15,840 bases of DNA from positions 1-15,840 of the IMG/VR virus record IMGVR_UViG_3300033892_000023. One strand, given 5' to 3'. Every line of letters starts with the position of its first letter. Positions within the stretch are counted from its first letter, which is position 1. Below the pieces are notes generated by a model. The model worked only from the letters and a program-made list of their open reading frames with translations, searched no databases and was not told where the DNA came from. Made by a program: the position numbers and the translations under genes. Positions 1 through 6,429 of this stretch are shown one piece after another.

Positions 1-443
1 ATTGTATTTGATGGCTGAAAAACTGATAAATCGAAATAAGTTTCATCAAAAACTGCAGGCTGATATAAAATTGAGCAAAGATCTACATAATAATCATAAA
101 ATTTTGTAAAGTTATTGATAAATTGAATTCCAGATGTTTGACCATAAATTCCACTTTGACCTAAATTTAAGAAGTTAAATGAATTTGTATTTGGATTAAA
201 TATTGAAATTGCCAAATTGTTTAATGCAGAAAGTAAAGATGAAATAATTGTAGCATATGCAATTCCATAATTTGTATTTATACCTTTAGGAACTGAAATG
301 TTCTCAAGCGGAGTTGGAAGAACTGATTCAACTCCAGCGTTAAACATTTGCGAAAAAGCGGGAAAAGTATTTCTATTCAATACTTTTTGATAAAGATGAT
401 ACTTCATTTGTGCAATTGATCTTTGTCCTACTTTCTTAGCCAT
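1..443 (-). CDS. Rudiviral minor virion protein, SIRV2 ORF488-like (N-terminal 147 codons; continues off the window start)
   Basis: Not in the ORF track. Hand translation from ATG at 443-441 gives MAKKVGQRSIAQMKYHLYQKVLNRNTFPAFSQMFNAGVESVLPTPLENISVPKGINTNYG...YFDLSVFQPSNT with no stop to position 1. Its position divergent from the acetyltransferase matches recalled SIRV synteny. Confidence 0.75.
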   Translation of the reverse strand, partial: MAKKVGQRSIAQMKYHLYQKVLNRNTFPAFSQMFNAGVESVLPTPLENISVPKGINTNYGIAYATIISSLLSALNNLAISIFNPNTNSFNFLNLGQSGIYGQTSGIQFINNFTKFYDYYVDLCSILYQPAVFDETYFDLSVFQPSNT

Positions 444-461
444 AATTATTATATTTACAAA

Positions 462-508
462 AGTCAAAATAAAAACTTAATTCTAATATACAATATAATG
501 TATATTAG
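462..508 (-). promoter_or_regulatory. Promoter of the ORF488-like gene: perfect inverted repeat CTAATATACA-N6-TGTATATTAG (483-508) followed by a TTTATTTT TATA-like box
   Basis: 10 bp arms at 483-492 and 499-508 are read directly. Related elements precede ORF566 and ORF269. Confidence 0.6.
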
Positions 509-577
509 TTTTACTCTTTGATCTCATCATATTCAATTCGTAAAGTATATATTTGTCATAATTTGAGTTACAAATAT

Positions 578-1036
578 ATGCAATTACAATTTAGAATAGA
601 AGAAGCGAAAAGTAAAGAATTAATAAAATTTGTAAGAATGTTGATAGATTTCTATCACTCTCAAGGAATGCCTTTGGGTGGCGGAGCTGGAAAAAATAGC
701 AGATATTTTATGTATATTGCTAACGACAGTGAGCAAGATTTTATTGTAGCAGTAGCATGGCTCCATGACAATACGCCATTCCGTTACATAGCTCAAGAAT
801 ACAAAATTCCAGATAATAAAAGTTATTTTATTAGAAGAGTTACAAAAACTGTACCGGGAGATTATGACGTTAATTTTCTAGTTGACTTATCTAAAAAACT
901 AAAAAGTGATGGATTTGAAGTACTTTGGACACTTGGATTTCCAGAACATTCTAACGCTTTATATAAGAAGACAGGCTTTGTTGAAGTTGGAAAAACAAAT
1001 AGAACTGGACATCCAATTTTTGTAAAAAAATTATAA
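578..1036 (+). CDS. GNAT/GCN5-family acetyltransferase (SIRV ORF154-like), 152 aa
   Basis: C-terminal GNAT motif B-like HSNALYKKTGFVEVG. The ATG at 578 lies 23 nt after the G of a GTCATAA promoter motif, so it is preferred over TTG 518. Size and synteny fit ORF154. Confidence 0.75.
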   Translation: MQLQFRIEEAKSKELIKFVRMLIDFYHSQGMPLGGGAGKNSRYFMYIANDSEQDFIVAVAWLHDNTPFRYIAQEYKIPDNKSYFIRRVTKTVPGDYDVNFLVDLSKKLKSDGFEVLWTLGFPEHSNALYKKTGFVEVGKTNRTGHPIFVKKL

Positions 1037-1312
1037 CTTATGTTTTTTAATTTTATTTGCCACATAGACAGATTCAATTACTGCAAGAAGTGTTTCAAGT
1101 TGACTATCATCTTCTATAAGCATTCCAAAAAAATAACCAAAGAAAATAATTAAAGAATCCATACTTATTTTTTCATCTTTGTAGCTTTCTAGTATATCGT
1201 AAAAAGCATATTCTAAATAACTTACTTGTTTTTCTATAATTTTAAGTGAGTTTTCATCTGGATGAAAAGTTTCTTTGAAAACTTCTATTATTTTTTCTAA
1301 GCCTTTGTCCAT
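1031..1312 (-). CDS. Hypothetical protein, 93 aa, helical with one hydrophobic stretch (LIIFFGYFFGMLI)
   Basis: ATG start and its own TTAAATTTGTCATAAT promoter motif on the minus strand (1350-1335). It fills the gap between the GNAT gene and hjc, with a 6 nt convergent overlap. Confidence 0.7.
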   Translation of the reverse strand: MDKGLEKIIEVFKETFHPDENSLKIIEKQVSYLEYAFYDILESYKDEKISMDSLIIFFGYFFGMLIEDDSQLETLLAVIESVYVANKIKKHKL

Positions 1313-1334
1313 ACTTATCTATATAAAAATTTTC

Positions 1335-1368
1335 ATTATGACAAATTTAAACATATATATGTCATAAT
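1335..1368. promoter_or_regulatory. Back-to-back GTCATAAT promoters for ORF93 (minus) and hjc (plus)
   Basis: ATTATGACA (1335-1343) and TGTCATAAT (1360-1368) form an inverted repeat around a 16 bp AT-rich core. Confidence 0.65.
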
Positions 1369-1384
1369 TTTTAAGTTTAATTTG

Positions 1385-1750
1385 ATGAATTTTAGACAAT
1401 CTGGAAAATATTATGAGTATAAAACTTTAGAATTTTTAGAAAAAAATGGCTATAAAGCTATAAGAATTCCAGTTTCTGGAATTGGAAAACAACCGCTTCC
1501 AGATATTATCGCAACTAAGGATAATACAATTTTTCCAATTGAAGTTAAATCAACTTCACAAAATTATGTTGTAGTTGATAATTTTCAAATTGATAAATTG
1601 TTTAAGTTCTGTGAGATATTCAATTTTTGTAATTGTAAACCGTTAATACTAGTTCATTATAAAAAATATAAAAATGTCATAATATATAATTTGAGTCAAG
1701 ATGTCAGAGAAAAAATTAAAATCAAATTTACCTTCAGAGCTAACAGCTAA
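1385..1750 (+). CDS. hjc: Archaeal-type Holliday junction resolvase (SIRV ORF121-like), 121 aa
   Basis: Hjc motifs SGKYYE, RIPVSG, PLPDIIA and IEVKS (PD-(D/E)xK). The ATG at 1385 gives 121 aa. Confidence 0.93.
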   Translation: MNFRQSGKYYEYKTLEFLEKNGYKAIRIPVSGIGKQPLPDIIATKDNTIFPIEVKSTSQNYVVVDNFQIDKLFKFCEIFNFCNCKPLILVHYKKYKNVIIYNLSQDVREKIKIKFTFRANS

Positions 1751-1910
1751 ATTGTATTTAGCGTTAGACGATTTAACTATGGCATTAGCTACTTGTGATG
1801 ATGAAAATATTAGGAAGAGTGAAGTTTTTCAAAAAGCTCTAGAAGTTGTAAAAATTGTCAAAGAAATGAGAAATGCTAAAATAAAAACTGATGAAGAAGA
1901 AAAATCCTAA
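1701..1910 (+). CDS. Small rudiviral protein (SIRV2 ORF69-like), possibly ribbon-helix-helix-like
   Basis: 69 aa, overlapping the hjc 3' end by 50 nt. It has its own GTCATAA motif at 1676, 25 nt before the ATG, and a T-run follows the stop. Confidence 0.75.
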   Translation: MSEKKLKSNLPSELTAKLYLALDDLTMALATCDDENIRKSEVFQKALEVVKIVKEMRNAKIKTDEEEKS

Positions 1911-2290
1911 ATTCCAATTTTTTTCAAGTTAAAGAGATATCAAGTTTGGGATAACTCTTTTCATCTAAAATTTTTTTCTTTATAAATCTCTTTACGCTCT
2001 TTCTTTGCGTAAAATTACGTTAAGAAAAATAAAAATATCGAGAGATAAGAGTTTAAAAAGATTTCTTGTAAACTAACGCGTTTGGTTTATATACTTATCA
2101 TTACAATTTGTTACGCAGTAAGCAAAATAAAAGATCATTAGATGAATTGAAAGAAAGAGATTATAAAAAATAGTGACAAAAAATGTAAATAAAAAAATCG
2201 AAAAACAAAAAAGTTTTTACTTCTTCAGTTGAAAACTTCAAAAAAAGAAAAAAGATTTTTACATAAAATAATTTTTACTTTTACAACAAC
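1911..2290. ncRNA. Candidate structured non-coding RNA or cis-element in the long central intergenic region
   Basis: The longest ORF-free gap in the window. It has a hairpin TTTACGC/GCGTAAA (1991-2013) and several long-range complementarities. I recall a conserved ~260-310 nt RNA being proposed in rudivirus genomes, but cannot confirm it maps here. Confidence 0.4.
1917..1925 (+). terminator. Oligo-T archaeal terminator after hjc/ORF69
   Basis: T7 run at 1918-1924, just after the stop at 1910. A second T-rich tract lies at 1971-1981. Confidence 0.45.
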
Positions 2291-2324
2291 ATTTATAATT
2301 TTATAATATACACATGATAATAAT

Positions 2325-5300
2325 ATGAGTTTCTTATTAAATCTTGGAGATTTAGGTACATTTTTTTCAGATGAGCTAACAGCATTAGAAAATTTTGCAA
2401 ATTTCTTAAGCTCTGATTTTATAAACTTTTTTAGTGCAGTAGTTAATGATATTGAAAATGTTGTAAGTTTCTTAGGTCAAGCAATTGGTGATATTCCAAC
2501 TTTTATGCAAAAAATTGCTAATAATTTCTTGCAAATTCTACAAAATTTTGCACAAACTGCAATTCCAGTAGTTTCAGGATTTTTAACATTTCTTGAACAA
2601 CAAATTATAAATGTATTTCAAGATTTGTCTTCTTTAGCTTCTACATTTATTAATGATGCATATTCATTTTTACAAGGTGTTGTAAATGCATTTGCAAATT
2701 TAATAAGTACAATAGTTCAAGATTTTCTAAATAATTTTGGTCAAAATATGAAACATATTAGTTCTGCAATTTCTCAAGTTACTCAATTTTTAACTCCATT
2801 TATCGCTCCAGTCACTTTAGGAAAATTTTTGCCAGCAATAATAGATAAATTAGCTGAAATTTTGCCAGAAGTTGAAATAGATTTAGCGCCAGTTGGCTTA
2901 GGCGGAAAAATTCCAATTAACTTTGGAGAAATTGTAAAAGCTTTCGCAGAAACTTCAGTTGATTTTTTAAATGAAGTAAGAGTAGAAATACAAACTACGC
3001 TTAAGGAGTTTATAAAAGAGCCATTTATTTCAGATTTTAAAATTACTGCGAGAGAAATATTTAATGAAATTGGACTTGGAGATTTACCCTTTGCTGATCC
3101 ACCATTTAGATTAATTGCAAATTGGGTCGGTTCAAGATCATTTTCTGAAATTAAAGATCATCTCAGAGAAACAATACTATTGACCGGATTTCCGGCATGG
3201 TTTACTGATGCTTATCTAGAATCTCCAGTTAATGACTTTATACCTAGAAATCCACTTTTTAGACCAGTAAATATAAGAGATGTAATTTTAGCCTCACAAT
3301 ATGGAATTTTAGATATTAGTTCAGTTTCTCAATATGCCGAAAATAATTTGATAACTCCAAAAACTGCTAAATTAATGTATAATAATCAAACTGCAAGACT
3401 TTTGCAAAGAGCAGTTGAGGAAGGTATAAGACAATTTGTTATTTCTCCAGAAAAAGCTTATCAAGAAATTATAAATAATATAAATTTAGCTGGAAAAGAC
3501 TTATATCTAAAAGTTTTCTCATTAGAGTATAATTATGCAGTTCAAAGAATTGTAAGACAATTTTTAAGATCACTTTTATCAAGAGCATTAACTAATTTTG
3601 GAAGACCATACATAGATTTAAAGTATTTAGAATCTACAGTTCAAAAACTATTTAAAGAACTAAATTATCCTGAAGAAGTCCAAAGCGTTTTTAACGTGAT
3701 GATTGAACAATCTCAAATAGTTTACACTAATCAATTACTTTTAACACAATTAGAACAAATTACTAAGTTAGGAATATTTGACGAAAAGAAGATAAAAGCA
3801 GAATTAAAAGCTAATAATTTCAATGAACAAATAGCACTTACAATTTTAAATTATGAACTCCAATATGTACAATTACAATATATTCTAAAAGAATTTCAAT
3901 TTAAACTTCAAAATTACATTATTAGTTCAAAAGATGCAGAAAAAGAGTTAAAGAAATTGGGCTTTGATTCTTCTATAATCTCTGAGATAATTTTTGAATA
4001 TCAAACTGCACCGTTAACAAAATATCAAATATCTCAAATTGAGAGTTTAGCAAAGAAAGGATATTTATCAGTTGATGAAATTAAAAAACAATTACATTCG
4101 TTAGGCATAATAAGGGAATTTGAAGACATATTTATCAATTACACAAATCAAGAAATTCAAATATCATCAACTTTAAGTATTGCAAAAGAACAATTAAGAA
4201 ACTTCTTAATAGATTCGAAAACTGTAGAAAATGAATTAAAAGCATTAAAAATTAACGAATATCTGATAAACGAGATAATTCAAGAAGAATATAACATAAA
4301 TATTGCTAAATTACAATTATCATATATAGAAACTTTAGCTAAGAATTTATATTATGATCAAACCCAACTATCTGGAGAATTAGCAAAACTTTTGAAAGAT
4401 AAAACTGCAATAGATCTTTATGTTCAAAGATTTTATTATGAATATGTATTTCCAAAAATTGTTAATTATTACGTTAGTTTAGCAAGACATGGTATAATTA
4501 CAGATGTTTCAAAATTGTCTAAAGAAATTGTACAATATGAAATTCAGCCCGCAATACAAGTTTTCCAACTAACGACAGAACTAGAATATATAAAATCATT
4601 ATTGAAAGATTTACAAATTAAACCAACTGATGCTATAAACGAATTGGAAAAATTAGGAATGCAAAAAGATTTAGCTAATTTATTTGTACAAACTTATGTA
4701 CCAACATTTTTCAGTTTACATACTATAATTGGAAATATTATAGAAGGTCAACTTTACAAAGTCGGAAAAATTCCCGTGAATTTAGGAATTGCAGAACAAC
4801 AATTAAGACAACTAGGAATTCCAGATAATCAAATAAAAATAATTATTGAACAATATGCTTCTTCATTTGGCTTAGAAATTTGGAGAAAATTCTTACCTTC
4901 ATTAAGTACAATTGAAACCGCAATAAAGTATAATTATCCAGATAAACAATTAATTGATTACTCATTTATACCTTCTGAATTTCTAAATCTTTATAGTAAT
5001 TTATATCAACATGAACTAGTTGGTCAATATGTTCAATCGTTACGAACTGAATATATTCAACTTCTTACTTATGGAGTTCAAAATATCCAACTTGAAAGTT
5101 TGTTAAAGCAATATGGAATAAATGAAACATTATTAGGAGTTTTCAAATTATCCGCACAAATTAGAAAAATATTAACGACTTACCAAGAACTTTATATTAC
5201 GCCATCTAAAGCACTTTCTATTGCTGAATATATATCAAATCCGACGCAATTATTACAAAAAGTATTTAGCGAATTTCAAGTTCCTTCAGATCTGCAAAAT

Positions 5301-5501
5301 ACTTATCTTGAGTATGCAAGAAATAGGAGACTTAGGACGTACGTAAACGACATAATTTCAACAATTAATTTACTATTTGAAAGACATAAAATAGATTTAA
5401 ATACTGCACAATCATATTTACAACAATTGAAAAAATATGGACTGACAGATGAAGAAATACAATTAATATTGTTAAATTGGCAATTACGTGCAAACTATTA
5501 A
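2325..5501 (+). CDS. Large virion structural protein, terminal tail fibre (SIRV ORF1070-like), 1058 aa
   Basis: Size, synteny, an amphipathic N-terminal helical region and ~48 aa helical repeats (e.g. ELKKLGFD, QLHSLGII, ELEKLGMQ). Confidence 0.85.
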   Translation: MSFLLNLGDLGTFFSDELTALENFANFLSSDFINFFSAVVNDIENVVSFLGQAIGDIPTFMQKIANNFLQILQNFAQTAIPVVSGFLTFLEQQIINVFQDLSSLASTFINDAYSFLQGVVNAFANLISTIVQDFLNNFGQNMKHISSAISQVTQFLTPFIAPVTLGKFLPAIIDKLAEILPEVEIDLAPVGLGGKIPINFGEIVKAFAETSVDFLNEVRVEIQTTLKEFIKEPFISDFKITAREIFNEIGLGDLPFADPPFRLIANWVGSRSFSEIKDHLRETILLTGFPAWFTDAYLESPVNDFIPRNPLFRPVNIRDVILASQYGILDISSVSQYAENNLITPKTAKLMYNNQTARLLQRAVEEGIRQFVISPEKAYQEIINNINLAGKDLYLKVFSLEYNYAVQRIVRQFLRSLLSRALTNFGRPYIDLKYLESTVQKLFKELNYPEEVQSVFNVMIEQSQIVYTNQLLLTQLEQITKLGIFDEKKIKAELKANNFNEQIALTILNYELQYVQLQYILKEFQFKLQNYIISSKDAEKELKKLGFDSSIISEIIFEYQTAPLTKYQISQIESLAKKGYLSVDEIKKQLHSLGIIREFEDIFINYTNQEIQISSTLSIAKEQLRNFLIDSKTVENELKALKINEYLINEIIQEEYNINIAKLQLSYIETLAKNLYYDQTQLSGELAKLLKDKTAIDLYVQRFYYEYVFPKIVNYYVSLARHGIITDVSKLSKEIVQYEIQPAIQVFQLTTELEYIKSLLKDLQIKPTDAINELEKLGMQKDLANLFVQTYVPTFFSLHTIIGNIIEGQLYKVGKIPVNLGIAEQQLRQLGIPDNQIKIIIEQYASSFGLEIWRKFLPSLSTIETAIKYNYPDKQLIDYSFIPSEFLNLYSNLYQHELVGQYVQSLRTEYIQLLTYGVQNIQLESLLKQYGINETLLGVFKLSAQIRKILTTYQELYITPSKALSIAEYISNPTQLLQKVFSEFQVPSDLQNTYLEYARNRRLRTYVNDIISTINLLFERHKIDLNTAQSYLQQLKKYGLTDEEIQLILLNWQLRANY

Positions 5502-5518
5502 ATAAATTTGTCATAATT
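5502..5518 (+). promoter_or_regulatory. GTCATAA-type promoter of the ligase gene
   Basis: ATAAATTTGTCATAATT, with the G at 5510, 23 nt before ATG 5533. The spacing matches the other copies. Confidence 0.65.
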
Positions 5519-5532
5519 TTTAGTTTTTACAT

Positions 5533-6348
5533 ATGAGCGTAAACTTATGTCATTATGAAGCGGAAAATATAAGTTATAAAGACTTACAAAATTTACAAGG
5601 AATGATATATTATGAAATTAAGTATGATGGAACTCATGTATGTCTGAAATATGAAAATGAATTAAAGATTAATACTAGAAAAGATATACCGCATGATAAA
5701 GGATTTCAAGAACTTTTTTTAAAAGTTCCAAATATTGAGGAAGTTATAAATTATATAAAGAAAAATAATCAATATATTATTCATGGAGAACTTGTACATA
5801 AAAAGACATCAGCATTACAAATCCATACAAATGAAATTCCGGAATTTATCATATATGATGTCTTTGACAAAGAGAACAATAGATATTTAAGTCCGCTTGA
5901 AGTTGATAGCGAAATTTATTATTGGTATCCTGAAATTTGTTTAGATTTAGATGACATAGTTCACGATATAACTAAAGAAAGACTTGAAGGATTAGTAGCT
6001 AAAATTTATAATCCAAAATTTACAAATTGTAAAGAAGGACAAAATTTCAATTTATGTCTTTACAAATACAAACCTTACTTTTCTGTACTTGGAGTAATAT
6101 TTAAACCAATTAGAAGAGAAATTGATGTTAGACAATTATCATTTTTATTAGGAGAAATAGATAATGATTTAAAGAATAATAAAGATGAATGGTATAGAAA
6201 TCATCAAGATCTTTACAAGTTCTTACTTTCAAATAAAGATAAAATAATACAGATACTACAAAACGAAAACTTCATATTACAAATTGAGAAAGAAACACAT
6301 TTAAACATTAAGAAAATTAAAGAATACATTATGAACTTCAAAAGATGA
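5533..6348 (+). CDS. ATP-dependent ligase-family nucleotidyltransferase, probable RNA ligase, 271 aa
   Basis: Ligase NTase motifs in order: I YEIKYDGTH (K30), Ia NTRK, III IHGELV, IIIa FIIYDVF, IV LEGLVAK, V LYKYKP. A ~90 aa helical-looking C-terminus follows rather than an obvious OB fold. Confidence 0.8.
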   Translation: MSVNLCHYEAENISYKDLQNLQGMIYYEIKYDGTHVCLKYENELKINTRKDIPHDKGFQELFLKVPNIEEVINYIKKNNQYIIHGELVHKKTSALQIHTNEIPEFIIYDVFDKENNRYLSPLEVDSEIYYWYPEICLDLDDIVHDITKERLEGLVAKIYNPKFTNCKEGQNFNLCLYKYKPYFSVLGVIFKPIRREIDVRQLSFLLGEIDNDLKNNKDEWYRNHQDLYKFLLSNKDKIIQILQNENFILQIEKETHLNIKKIKEYIMNFKR

Positions 6349-6364
6349 CAACAATTACAACTTA

Positions 6365-6412
6365 CTATATACATTATATTATGTATAAGTTATGTGTGTT
6401 TATTTTTGTCAA
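6365..6412 (+). promoter_or_regulatory. ORF566 promoter: palindrome TATACAT-N6-ATGTATA (6368-6387), then TTTATTTTT and GTC
   Basis: Read directly. It is nearly identical to the element upstream of ORF269 on the minus strand. Confidence 0.65.
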
Positions 6413-6429
6413 TCCATTAATTTTTTCAT

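Noticed and set aside
518-577. TTG-initiated 20 aa N-terminal extension of the GNAT ORF
   Set aside because: It runs through the promoter. ATG 578 fits the motif spacing and the recalled homologue size.
862-1077. 71 aa minus-strand ORF
   Set aside because: Antisense shadow of the GNAT gene that also overlaps ORF93 out of frame, with no promoter motif or recognisable features.
1911-2324. Possible CRISPR mini-array or protein-coding gene in the central gap
   Set aside because: No regularly spaced direct repeats are seen and no ORF of 60 aa or more is present.
5533-6348. ORF271 as an integrase/recombinase or mRNA capping enzyme
   Set aside because: No tyrosine or serine recombinase motifs are evident. 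The motifs are ligase-type, no OB domain is apparent, and archaeal mRNA is not m7G-capped.
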